A stretch of DNA of 64,000 nucleotides from Ministeria vibrans ATCC 50519. Taxonomy: Eukaryota; Protista; Filasterea. The translations under genes were made by a program, and so were the position numbers. The notes beneath the pieces are model-generated. The model saw nothing but the letters and a program-made list of their open reading frames with translations, searched no databases and was not told the origin of the DNA. Positions 1-17,326 of this stretch are shown piece after piece; within the stretch, counting starts at the first letter, position 1, and each line of letters starts with the position of its first letter. The stretch is taken from NCBI GenBank assembly GCA_943704425.1, contig CALSCP010000572.1, positions 3,766 to 67,765 on the forward strand, read 5' to 3'.

Positions 1-58
1 GACTCAGACACCACACACCACAAAGACTCAGACACCACACACCACAAAGACTCAGACA

Positions 59-130
<72 letters not shown>
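1..130 (+). repeat. 24-nt tandem repeat (GACTCAGACACCACACACCACAAA x~2.5) running into a (CA)n microsatellite; intronic to the helicase gene
   Basis: Directly visible at 1-60, followed by pure (CA)n to ~130. Confidence 0.9.
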
Positions 131-132
<2 letters not shown>

Positions 133-179
133 TGCTCTCTTCGATTGTATTTTGACGGTTTCTTTCTTACACCTGTCAG

Positions 180-2746
180 TTGGCCACTTCTCATAACCGA
201 ATTCTTGTGTGTACCCATCTCAATGTCACGGCCGACGCTTACGTCCGCCGACTCAGTAAATGCCCCGAGTAAGACCTATATCTTCTTTGATATTTTGGGT
301 CTTGTTCTCACCTGCCCCTCTCCGCTTTTTTTTTTTCGAAGACTTCAACCTGGGCAGCTGTTGCGTCTGTACGCGACCGACCGTATTCCGACGGTCGCCA
401 CCGACCTGCGTCCGTTCTGTTGCATGACAAGCGACGGTGCTCACCTGGCAGTGCCTTCGCAGAAGGCCATGTCAATTTATCGTGTGGTTGTGTGCACACT
501 CATCGCATCTGACGAACTGCGCAAGTCGGGCATGAAGGGTCAGTTTACGCATATCATTTGCGATGAGGGAGCGCAGATTCTTGAGGCGGAGGCCATTGTG
601 CCAATGTGTTTGGCGGTGCACAACACCAAGATTGTGCTGGCCGGTGATCCGCAACAGGCGGGGCCGGTCGTCCTGTCAGAACGCGCCCGTTCACTGCGTC
701 TCGACATGTCGCTTCTTGAGCGCCTGTCGCTCTCGCCCGCCTATAGCAGCGCTGAGGCGCGCGATTTCCGCGTCGATTTGCGTCTCAACTACCGTTGCCA
801 CCATGAGATTGTGCATCTCGTGTCAGACCTGTTCTACAAGAGCAGTCTTGAGCCAGCGCCCGATCTGTGCATTGACCTGCCTGGCGGAGTCGCTCATCCG
901 CTTGCGGCCATGCACGTTCAAGGGGCGAGTGTGCGCGACGAGCAGTCGCCCTCGTTCTTCAACGACATTGAGGCACGCAAGACAGCCGAGGCGGTGAGCG
1001 GACTGGTTGAAAAGTGGGGTGTGTCTCCGCAGGATATTGCAGTGGTTGCTCCCTTCCGCAAACAGGCACACTACATCCGCAGTCTGCTGCGTCGCAACCC
1101 AAACCGTAGCCTCCAACTGAGGAATGTGTGGGTGCGCACCACAGCCGAGATTCAAGGTCTAGAGTTCAGTGTGCTCGTCGTGTCCACTGTGCGCACTCTC
1201 GCTGACACGCGCGTTGACAACGACTGGGTGTCCTTTGACCACAACCACCATCTCGGGCTGCTCGACGTAAGTCAAGAACGATAGTGTGTGTGTGTGTGTG
1301 AGAAGGAAAGCAGGGGAAGGAGAATAACGATGTGATATGTATACGTAGAGTCCTCAAGCGATGAACACAATCATTACGCGCGCCCGTCGATACGTTCTTG
1401 TTGTCGGTGACACCTATCTGCTTGAGAAGGTACGCTAACTCTATGATTGACGAATTTATTATGAGATGCCTCTTTTTTATCTTTTTGTTGCTTTTTTCTT
1501 TTACATTTTGAAGGACGCGTACTGGGGAACATTTATTGAGACGTGCAAGCGGCAGAAAGCGCTGTACGACCGAGAAGATGTGACAGGTGCTGAGGAAGAG
1601 AGTGTAAACAAGGGAGCTGTGGGAGTGGTGGAAGCAGACGCGCCTTCTGTGGCTGGTGCGTCGTCGGTGGATGTGTCTTCGAAGTTTGATCAGGAGGCAT
1701 CGCTGACGTTTGGGGGTACGACTGCGACGCACGAGATGCTTTTGGCGGCGCTTTCAGAGGACACGACCCTGTCCAAGACGCAGCGGAAGAAGCAGAAGAA
1801 GGCGCTTGCAGCTGCCGCTGCGGCTGCGGCTGCTACTGCTCGTGGTGGCGGTGATAGTGATGTGTCTCTGTCTGTGCCTGCTGCCTATCCTAGTTCGGGT
1901 GTTGTGGTGGGCAGTGGCAGTAGCATGATTGACTCGGTGATTGGTCCTCTTGTGGAGAGTGAGCCTAATGAGGAAATCAGTACCACCAGTGGGAGGAATG
2001 GAGCGAACGGAACCAGCGCAGTCAACATGAGCGCGAGTAACCCTCCCAACAGCACCGACTGGTGGCCCAGTGCGTCCGATCCCTCTGCGACCTCAACCGG
2101 TGGCACGGGTGCCAGTGGTGCGTCGCCCTCCCCGCACCTCCATCACCACCATCACCACCACACTGCCTCCTCCTTTGGCGGTGGTGTCTGGCACTCTCAG
2201 TCCTCCGCCTCTCCTCCCTCCGTCCCCTCCTCCTCCTCTCCCTTCGACTCCCTCTACCGTGCCCTCCGCGCTCTCCCTCACCTCGTCCAATCTATTCCTG
2301 ACTCACCTCTCAAACGCCAGGTTAGTCAATTATATTATTATGATAATGTTGTTCGTATGACATCAAGTTGTTTCTCACACCGTCCCATTTGTATGTAGTT
2401 CCTGGCACTGTCTGAGTCACAACTGCGACAAACGGACGAACTTTCATCTGTCTACACGCAGCTGCAATCGCTCGTTCCTCACATCTCTAGCCCATCCACC
2501 AGCACCAACACCAGCACCCCCACCATCACTACCGCTACACGCACGGCCAACCCTGCCGCCACTCCCTTTTACCCGTCCTCGACCGACTCGTTTCTTTTCT
2601 CTCCTGCTCCGCAGCAGCAGCAACAACAACAGCGACAGCAGCTGCCTCACCCCCACACACCACAACAGCCGCTGCAACAGCAACTTCCACCTCAACAGCC
2701 ATTTCCCGGCCACAACTGGTCTTTTCCCTCTCAAAATTTCTATTGA
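180..2746 (+). CDS. SF1 (UPF1-like) RNA helicase, HELZ-like; 3' part of a multi-exon gene that begins before the window
   Basis: Inferred exons ~180-268, 342-1266, ~1350-1428, ~1514-2320, 2399-2746. Motifs RILVCTHLNVTAD, HIICDEGAQ, IVLAGDPQQ, LRLNYRCH, IAVVAPFRKQ, IQGLEF, NTIITRAR. Low-complexity tail carries a PAM2-like ANPAATPFYP. HELZ is favoured over MOV10 by the CTH.N..AD motif and the PAM2. Confidence 0.85.
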
Positions 2747-3153
2747 CCCTTCTTTTACTTTCATCTCGATTTTCTTGTATTATATAGTACACACATTGTC
2801 TTTTTTTTGTTTTATGCGAGTTGCTTCAGAAGCAACACAGCACGCAAATGATCCGGTTTGACAAATGCTTCAGGTCCCGACGTTGCCTTGAGCTTTCCTA
2901 GGACCATCTTTCCGCCTAGAGTGAGAGAAGAGAAGGAGGAAAATCAGAGAGAGAGAGAGAAAGATGCACAACAATGTGAATTAGTCGACTGAATTGTTTG
3001 AACATCAGTGCATAGTGTGACTGATAGTCCAGCAGAGGAAAGGAGAGCGGTGGCGCGACTTGGAAGGAGAAGGGACACACACACACACACACACGATAAG
3101 CACACACGATACGCAGGGTGACACCATCGATGTCATGTTTCCCCACCGCTCCT

Positions 3154-3654
3154 CTATCGTGCCACAGCGCACCATGGCACACTTGAGGGTTGGGACAGAA
3201 GGGGCGTCGCGGGCCAAGAGCAGCAGGGGAGAGACATGTCGCGCATCCTCACGAGCTGTGACAGACTGTCACTTGCGCAACACCACAACTCTTGCAAAGC
3301 GTTTTCGAGCACGCGCACACGGCCACACAGATGCATTTCAGGTGTATACACCATGTAGAAAGTCGGGAAGCGGCATTGGAAGCGCACTAGCGTACCTTGG
3401 AGACCGTAAGAATGGACGTTGCCTTGAGTGTCGACAAATTTCACCGAAGAGATCTCTGCGCTGACTTTCTCCACCTCAGAATGCTTGAGAATGTTCAAGT
3501 AGACAAAGTCGCATCTGGCACCGCCATCGAGAATGCACAGGGGCACGTCGGCAAGCCACACTCCGCATCCGGGCTGTGACACAACGTACACCGGCACGTT
3601 GACAAAGGCCGCCTTTTTCGGGTCTGTAATGGTTGTCGATGCGGCCTTGGACAT
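3154..3654 (-). CDS. Hypothetical protein, possibly retropepsin-like; may splice to further exons down to ~2812
   Basis: ATG at 3654 follows an AT-rich spacer; 166-aa ORF with CILDGGARCDFV resembling the hhD[ST]GA protease motif; intron-like (TG)n and (CT)n+AG tracts downstream. Confidence 0.45.
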   Translation of the reverse strand: MSKAASTTITDPKKAAFVNVPVYVVSQPGCGVWLADVPLCILDGGARCDFVYLNILKHSEVEKVSAEISSVKFVDTQGNVHSYGLQGTLVRFQCRFPTFYMVYTPEMHLCGRVRVLENALQELWCCASDSLSQLVRMRDMSLPCCSWPATPLLSQPSSVPWCAVAR

Positions 3655-3723
3655 CGCTTAGGATCGAGAAAAAAGATAATGATGAATATTAATTCGAAGT
3701 GAAACGTTTCATCAATTTTGTTG

Positions 3724-5630
3724 ATGAAGGTCGCAGTTGTTGTGTGCCTCGCACTGTGCATTGGGAGCGTGTGCGACGCCTCATCTGCCAGCATTATGTC
3801 GGCATTGTACTCGGGCGACGTGGAGACACTCGAGCGGGCGCTGGCGAAAGAGCCGCTCGACGAGGAGACGTCTTCGTCGGCGTTGGTAGCGATGGCGACC
3901 GAAATGGCCCGTCCCGACTTGCTCGGCGTGCTGCTTGACCACGGCGCCACGTTCTCGGCTGAGGCGCGACCGTACCACCAGGTCTTGGCGCAGCACCACT
4001 CCATGCTGCGCTTGCATCACTGCGAAGCGGGCTATTCGTATGCAGCGCTCGACCAGCTGATCGACGTGCTGCTTGAGCACAGTGTGCCTGTCGAGGGCTA
4101 CGACGCCCTGGGAAACACTGCCTTCCAACTGGCTGTCCAGACGCGCCATGTCGAGGCCATTGCTAAATTGGCACGGCCTGACGACTGCGCTGTCGGCGTT
4201 CATGGCAAGCGGGATGATGTTTCGACGGCGCTGCACTTTGCTGTTGACACACAGCGAGCGTTCAAGATGCTTATGACCATGATACTTCAGTTTCGCGGAA
4301 ACGACTGCAGCGCATCGGCTGCCACGGCGCCTCTCAATACGTACCATGCGTGGGGCCTGGACGCACTGGCACTTGAAGATGGGAGTTTGTTCGTCGACTC
4401 TGAGCGGCGCACGGTCGCGCGCTGGCCCGTCTGGCACGCGACCATTGCATGGTCGCGCCGCATCGCCACAGCGACGCTCGACGCATGCCCTCAGCTTGCC
4501 GAGTTTATTACCGCCCCCAATGAACAGGCTCTGTCAGCGCTGCACATTGCTGCGCGCAGTGGCGACGCAGCCGTCGCGGCACTTCTCGTCGAGCGCTCAC
4601 ACGAGCCTCTCACGTCCGTGCTCGCACACAGTGCCCAGTCTGACGCCCTCACGCCACTTCACATTGCCGCTGCACGCAATTTTCCTGCGGTTCTCATTGC
4701 CATGGGCTGTGCAACGAAACTTCATCACAATGGGGACTGGACCGCCTTTCAAAGTGCTCTGGAGAGTGCGACCGACTCGTTTGGGCGCACTCCCTCGCAC
4801 ATTGCGGGTCGTGCTGCACAGGCTGCAATCCACCAGCTACTGCACGAATCCACCGTGTGCAGATTACGGCACCTGGAGTCGGCACAAGACACACAAAGCT
4901 ATGTGGACTGGCTTGAGTTTGACGAAGGCGCACACAGCACAGCGCAAGTGTCTCAAAAGACCAACTCGGACGACTGTGACGTGTGGACGGTCCACTCTCC
5001 CTCAGAGTACTCTGCGGCAAAACTTCACGAGCTGTTTATCAGCACACGTACTCCATTTCGTCTGCGGCGCACTGACTCCTTTGCCAACTGGACCCTCTCA
5101 GTGCTCGAAGAGACGCTGAACACAACGCGCATTCAACTGCAGCCCATTCCGCACGCGCGTCAGTTTGGCGAGCCCCGTGGCTCTCTCATGACCTTTGCTG
5201 AGTTTGCACAAGGATTACGCGAGCGCACCATTATCGACGAGTACTACACACTGACCCGTGTGCCGCAGAGTCTCCTCTCAACGTATGAATCACCGAAAGT
5301 CTTTCAACGGTTTTCCGCCCGCAACCATCTTTTGTTCGTGGGCCCTCGCAACAGCGGAGCTCCCGAACACTTCCACCTGGACGCCTTTAACACGCTTTTT
5401 GTTGGCCACAAAGAGTGGCTGCTGGTCGAGCCCCGCTGTGCCACCATGTCTGTCGTGCGAGCTCCTGATTATGCGTCCACTCCCGATCCCACTATGTCCT
5501 CCCACCCCCGTCCCTGTCCCCTCCTTCGTTGCACTCAGCATCCCGGTGATGTTATCTATGTCCCGCTTGGGTGGGGTCACTCCGTTCTTAATCGTGCTGA
5601 TGTCAATGTGGCGCTCGCAATTGAGTTTTA
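3724..5630 (+). CDS. Signal peptide + ankyrin repeats + JmjC (JMJD8-like) oxygenase; intronless
   Basis: MKVAVVVCLALCIGSVCDA leader. Ankyrin motifs GNTAFQLAV, TALHFAV, SALHIAA, TPLHIAA, GRTPSHIA. JmjC motifs LFVGPRNSGAPEHFH..GHKEWLL and QHPGDVIYVPLGWGHSVLN. Confidence 0.85.
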
Positions 5631-5740
5631 ACAAAACTGGTGTGTGTCAAATGAAAATTTATATTATAACAATACTCAATAGCCCGGAGTGGTGCCCTGG
5701 TTTGCCTTTCGTTTCTTCTTTCTTGATAATTGTAGTCGGG

Positions 5741-7149
<1,409 letters not shown>

Positions 7150-7288
7150 GATTCACTACCGAGAAAAGACAAAAAAAGAAAAAAATATATACAAATCAAA
7201 AATGGAATGAAAAAAAATATTATTATTATTATATTTTCTTCTTCAATTAATAATTCAATTGAGTTTCTTTTAACGCATTTCCTTCGTC

Positions 7289-8512
7289 ATGGACAACATA
7301 CTGGAAGATTTTGATGCCACCTTGGGCGGGTTGATTCCGGCGAGTTTTGTTGTGAGCGCTTGGAGTTTGTTCTTTACGGCCATTCTGTTTGTCGTCGCGT
7401 TTGCGCTGACCAAGGCCTTTGCGCGACACATGAGCGGCACGGAGCAGTGCGTGTTTATCTGGCTTGCCTGGGATGCGATGATCCACTTCTCTGTTGAGGT
7501 ATCTTGGGCAGGGGAGCGACGCAACGGAAGGCGATCCAGCGCACCAGACCCTCTGACCCCTCTGCGCTCATAGGGCCCCTTCCTGTACTTCTCCACGATG
7601 CGCACCGACATTGCTACGTCAAAGAACCCTCTTGCCGTCATCTGTATGCATTCCAAAGCGAAACCTCTGTTGTTGTTGTTGTTGCTGATTGTCTCAATTC
7701 TCTAATCCTCCTAATCACACACACACACACTCACACAGGGCAAGAGTACGGCCGAGCAGACATTCGATGGATCCAAAGCGATCCTACCATTGTTTCGCTT
7801 GAGATTCTTACTGTGGTATGAGCTGTAATTTCATCCTGGCTCAATGTAATTACCTAACTCTCTCTTTATATCACTATGTTTCTCTCCCTCTCTCTCTCTC
7901 TCTGTCTATATATATATATATCACTTTCTCTCTCTATATATCACTTTCTCTCTCTCTCACCTTTTCTCTGTCACTTTGCTTTTCTCTATCACTGTGTTTT
8001 ATATTTATTATTGTGTTTCTCTCTCTATCACTGTGTTTGTCTCTCTTTATTACTTTGTTTTTTTTCTCTCTCTATCACTTTGTTTCTCTTTCTTTATCAC
8101 AATATTGTTTTTCTCTCTCTAATCACTGTGTTTCTATCTTTCCATCACTTTGTTCACTATCACTTTGTTTTTCTTTCTCTATCACTTTGTTTCTCCCTCT
8201 CGCTCTACTCAGCTTGGCGCAGGACCCATTTGTTTGCTTATCATGTACGGGATGGTCAAGAACCGTCCATGGCGCCACTTCTGGCAGATTGTTCTGTGTG
8301 TCGGTGAGCTCTACGGCGGATTTATGACCTTTTCGCCCGAATGGCTCACGGGCAGCAAAGGACTCACAACGGACGACCCTCTGCTGCTCTGGGTCTACTT
8401 GGTCTTCTTCAACATGCTCTGGGTGGTTATTCCACTGGCGCTTCTTAAACAGTCCTATGTGTACCTGTGCGGTGCATTGCGCGAGTCCCAACAAGTGCGA
8501 AAGACCAAATGA
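7289..8512 (+). CDS. EBPL: Emopamil-binding protein-like (EXPERA domain), 4 exons
   Basis: Spliced product WLAWDAMIHFSVEGPFLY..WQEYGRADIRW..DPTIVSLEILTV..RHFWQIVLCVGELYGGFMTFSPEWLTGS..LWVYLVFFNMLWVVIP matches the EBPL signature. Confidence 0.9.
7855..8200 (+). repeat. Degenerate ~18-20-nt intronic minisatellite (TATCACTTTGTTTCTCTCTC)
   Basis: Many tandem degenerate units in EBPL intron 3; the same motif recurs in five other introns of the window. Confidence 0.85.
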
Positions 8513-8629
8513 AACTATGACTCTCTTTATAGCAATGCTAACAATTTCAATAACCCAAAATAAAAGAACAATGAGAAAATCGCGCAGAAAAAGAATAACA
8601 GTGTGTTTTTTTTCATTGTACGCACGACA

Positions 8630-10046
8630 TTAATTACCAACAACGTCAGTTTTGAGGGAGAGAACGGTGCACACGCCACTTCCAGATGCTCCATCGGCGG
8701 TGGTCGTCGCGCCCACACTGATAGCTGTATCTGTCTGTGACGCGTTGGAATNNNNNNNNNNNNNNNNNNNNNNNNNNNNNNNNNNNNNNNNNNNNNNNNN
8801 NNNNNNNNNNNNNNNNNNNNNNNNNNNNNNNNNNNGGGGGGGTGTCTGAGGGGGGTGTCTGGGGGGTGACGGTTCGGTGAAGGTGTCGTTTCGGCAATTC
8901 TGAAGCAATTCTTCGGGACACCCATTGGCTTCAACCTGGCCATGAGGCGACACGCGGTCCATTAAAGAAGTCCAATATCGTTCGTTAGACGTTAAGGAAC
9001 CGACCATGCATGGTAACGTGAGTGTGAACGATGGCATTTTGGCACAATATCCCCAAGTAGAATTTTAACCCACTTCAGGCCCGCGTGCGCTCCGTCCGGA
9101 TTCCGTACTCTCCTTCTTCCACTTCTCACATACGTGAACAATGAACAACATCCGCGCGCTACTAGCCATTAGGGGGGAGCGGGAGACTGCCGCACGGGCT
9201 CCATTTCACGCAGAGTGGGATTTGATAAGTTCGATTGAAGTGTACTCCGTACTCCCTTCGTACCACGGGAGCAGTCCGGAGCACCCCGCAGCCACCTGGA
9301 CTTGCCGGCAGTTGCCGCGGAGTTGCCGCCACCGACCACCGATCAGACACAGAACGAACACAGAACAGACCACCTTCATTGTGTCAGAGCTCTATGCCTC
9401 CACTGGCGGAATGGCGTACTAGAGTTTTGTTTGAGTTTGCAAGGCGGTCTGGCTGTGTCTTCGCGTGGTGACTGTATCATATGGGTTGTATTATTATTCT
9501 TCTATTTATATAATCCTATTCACTGGATAGCGTCGACACAGCACTATGACCTGCCACTGTTCTCCCATGTTACCTCTAGAGTTTCGGTCGAGTTTGCAAG
9601 GCGGTCTGGCTGTGTCTTCGCGTGGGGACTGTATTTAATATGGGTTGTATTCTTCCTCTTCAGTTAATTACCAACAACGTCAGTTTGGGGGGAGAGAACC
9701 GTGCACACGCCACTTCCAGACATTCCGTCGGCCGACGATCGTGGTGGTCTCACCAACGCTGTATGTGTGGCTATCTCCAAATTCTCTCCAAATAAAAATT
9801 GCAATGCAGAGATATGCATGACTTGTTTTGTAGGAGAAGAAAAAAGTAGAAGTAATTAAAACGTAAGAACAATGAGAAATCGAAGAGAAATCACGCAGGA
9901 AGGAGATAATAAATAATATATTATTATTATAATTATTAAGAGTGCTTGTTTTTTTTTCTTCATTGTACGCACGACAAAGGGAATTAATCATCAACAACGT
10001 CAGTTTTGAAGGAGAGAACGGTGCACACGCCACTTCCAGATGCTCC
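8630..10046 (+). repeat. Three dispersed copies of a ~63-nt core (8630-8692, 9664-9726, 9984-10046) plus two copies of an ~82-nt unit (9419-9500, 9576-9657)
   Basis: TTAATTACCAACAACGTCAGTTTTGAGGGAGAGAACGGTGCACACGCCACTTCCAGA seen three times with few changes; GAGTTTGCAAGGCGGTCTGGCTGTGTCTTCGCGTGG seen twice. Confidence 0.9.
8752..8835. other. Assembly gap (N run), followed by a short G-rich repeat (GGGGGGTGTCT)
   Basis: Ns visible in the sequence. Confidence 1.
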
Positions 10047-10392
10047 GTCAGCCGTGGTGGTCTCACCAACGTTGATATCTGCGCTGACAGCTCCCCTGCC
10101 GCAGTTGGTATTACCATCTTCCTTCAGATAGCAGACCCCGCTCTGCAGTTTAAGCTGTAGAACATCGTTGGGGCAGTCTGCATTGTATATACCAATAAAA
10201 TAAATAAATAGCTCAGGGGGAACAAATATTTCCGTTTAATAGAAACGAGAAAAAATAAAAATAATAATAAAATTATTAATAATTATTATTATTATTATTA
10301 TTATTATTATTTATTATTAATAATGCACCCAACTGATGATGTAATAATAAAAGTAATAATTAACATACCGAATCCCGTGCAAGAATCATTAG

Positions 10393-10447
10393 GTGCCGCC
10401 GCCCAAGGTATGTGAGGTGCTTTGGCACGAGACGCGTGTGCTGAACT

Positions 10448-10492
<45 letters not shown>

Positions 10493-10654
10493 GTCTCACT
10501 CAGCCGCCGTTCAAGGCTATTGCCCTCGCTCTTTTTCTCTTGGCCGTCGGCACCACGTTGCTATCCATTGGTGCGCTCATGATTACCGGTCATTTGGGAG
10601 CTGCGGTACGAATGACTGGAGGGAGACGCACTAATAAAATTTCGTTAATAGCAC
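10393..10654 (+). pseudogene. TMEM230-like gene fragment (15-nt exon + 102-nt exon with flanking introns); N- and C-terminal exons not found
   Basis: VPPPK|PPFKAIALALFLLAVGTTLLSIGALMITGHLG resembles TMEM230 TM1 (P[YF]KAIALA..LF). GT-AG introns 10408-10503 and 10606-10651. No second TM (.PG.YH) recognisable nearby. Confidence 0.55.
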
Positions 10655-10892
10655 GTAAGTATCACGAAAGTAACACTCTCTTGCAAGGTATAGGCGAAGA
10701 CGTTTTCTCCTTGGCTCTCTCAACTGTCAGACTTAAGACCTGACAGAAAGTTGAAAGATGTACTGTCTTACTTGTTCAGGCTGAATAAAAAAAAATGAAA
10801 AATTATCGGTCCATACAGGGGGAGATAAGACAAATTTTGATGAGATAAGAAAAAGAAGAGATAAAGAAACGCACGATTGAGTCAGCCACCAT

Positions 10893-10918
10893 AGGGCGCT
10901 TCGGCGCCCTTATTTAGT
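10893..10918 (+). mobile_element. Candidate Helitron-type 3' terminus (GC hairpin followed by TTAG|T)
   Basis: Perfect hairpin AGGGCGC-TTCG-GCGCCCT followed by TATTTAGTTATATA; the canonical end is hairpin + CTRR|T, so there is one mismatch. Confidence 0.35.
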
Positions 10919-11068
10919 TATATAAGCACGCCCAGACGGCCATCACGGCCCAGTGACACGCTCAGCTGCACAGGAACTCATTCTGCCCACCCATCCACCT
11001 ACGGACACTCTACGGACACCACCAGAGCCACCGCAGCCATCGGCAGAGACACACATATCCATTATACT

Positions 11069-12878
11069 TTACAGAAATACAACACGAAGGCGCGACTCGA
11101 CGGCAACCACAAGCAAGGGCAACACGAGATTGTCAATCTGGGTTGTGTGGGCTTCAACAAGAGCACTCACTGCGCACGCACAACACATTGCCACTGTCTC
11201 AGCCACACTCACTGCAGATACTTGGCTCAGCACAACCACACAAACCACCTGGCTCACAACACTACAATAAAGAAAGAAGACAAACGACACTTAAAAACAT
11301 CCATAAAGTGTTCCTTTTCAATCTTACTTTGCGATTGTTCCTTCCACCGTTTTCTTTCGCTCTGCGCCCCAATACACTTTCCCCCAACGTGACCCCACCA
11401 CACTTGCCATTGAATCACCAACTCCAATCGACAGTAGTCCACTCCAGCACGAAAGTACAGAAGAGTCAATAAACTGCAAACAAAAAGCCCGCAAAACAAC
11501 ACACCAATCAAAAAACATGACGTTTGGATTTTCTTCTTTTCTTACGCTATATCTGAACCAAATGGGTAGTGCGCATGCCAGTAAAAGATACGTGTGCGTG
11601 ACAATGGCCGGTCCACTCTTATCGCGTTCGTCGCGATATCGCTCAAAGTAAGTCTGCAGAAAAACTCCCTATGCACAAAAACAATCAATAATAATTATTA
11701 TAAATACAATAATAATAATAATTATAATAATTATTATTGTTTTTTTTTACCAAAGGAGGAACATTAAAGTGGCGGAGAAAGTCAAGAAGAAGGAAGAGGG
11801 GAAACATGGCAGCGGCGGCGAGAGAGGGTAGATCAAATTCAGAGAGGAGAAGAGACGGGGCAAAGAGCAGAGTTATGAGCAGGTGAAAGAGTTTGCGCTG
11901 GCGAGTGCTAATGTGATGAGACTCGGCTGTGGTGGTGGTGTGGCGGTCCATTGCCATGAGAGTAATGAGAATAGAGACAATCCAAAGCGCTAAAAGAGCT
12001 ATTCGTGAGGGGTTTTCTGTAAAGAAATCCGCGGTGAATGTAAACACGTTGAGTTGAAATGGACCAAAGAGAACCCATAGAAAGAGCGACTGCACTGCAC
12101 CAAGTGCAACCATTGGTGCGAGAAAGGTGTGGAAAGTGGAGGTTGCAAGAGCAAGACGCGCACAGAAGAGCGACACAGGCATTGACGTGAGACCAGAGGC
12201 GATGAGAATAGGCACAAGCGAACTGTGGGAGAACGGCATTGTCTTATGAAGGAAGCACACATGAGATGTAATGTAAGTAAAGGCGCGTCGTTGTGGTTGT
12301 TCGTACCAGAAGTTGAGTGTAGGCAAAGCACGAGAGAGAGTAGAGTTGAGCGACAAGGATGGCCTCGCCGACTGTAAACGAACGAGAGAGCCAGACGGAG
12401 ATGGAAAGTGTTGTGACAGCACTGGCACAGAGAGCGACAGACAAGGCAGACGAACCGCTGAAAATGGTCGTGTTCAGGGACGCAAGGGCCGCAGCCAAGG
12501 CACACACGTGCTGAATCACACGATGGCCACGGAATAGTTCAGTCAGGGCAAGCAGGCTCAGACAGACGGCGGCACAGTTGAGCTGCAAAGCACGGCGGTT
12601 GAATGTTGTCAACGTCGATGTGCAGTCTTACGGCACACGACGCAGCTGGAGGCGACCCGAAGAGCGCCAAGGGAACCAACAGTGCGCCAACCACAGTGCC
12701 ATGGTCGGCATGCGGTCTCCAGTCACCAAGAGGCGACATGAGCAGTGCTGAGTCGAGTGGATGAGTTGCGCCGATCAACGAAACACATCCATGTACCTGC
12801 CAATGCCAACAAGATCACATTCCAATCGACGCAAGCCAGGGAGAGTATTCCAACCAAAAGGGTTTCGATACCGGACAT
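11069..12878 (-). CDS. DOLK: Dolichol kinase, multi-exon
   Basis: RKLFHLL; GLLSIGVGDSMASVVGSRWGKVYW..KKTVEGT; ALVEAHTTQIDNLVLPL; multi-TM N-terminus. Confidence 0.9.
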
Positions 12879-12998
12879 ATCTGACGGGAAGGGTTAGATC
12901 ATTGGAAAAAATGTTTCAGAGTTGACTGTTGAGTTCGACTCATCAAATTCACTAATTCAGTGAATTTTTCAATTTGATTAATCTTTTCACAGACAACA

Positions 12999-17245
<4,247 letters not shown>

Positions 17246-17326
17246 ACAATTCTCAAAATTATCCAAAAGTCAAAACTATTCAATAATTTCAATTCATTTT
17301 ATTTCTTCAACGACTGCCTCATCATC

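Noticed and set aside
1-66. 24-nt direct repeats as a CRISPR-like array
   Set aside because: No spacers, eukaryotic intronic context, and the repeats merge into (CA)n
10893-10917. Hairpin as a bacterial intrinsic terminator or a structured RNA gene
   Set aside because: Eukaryotic locus, weak U-tract and no tRNA/snRNA features; a mobile-element end is the better, still weak, reading
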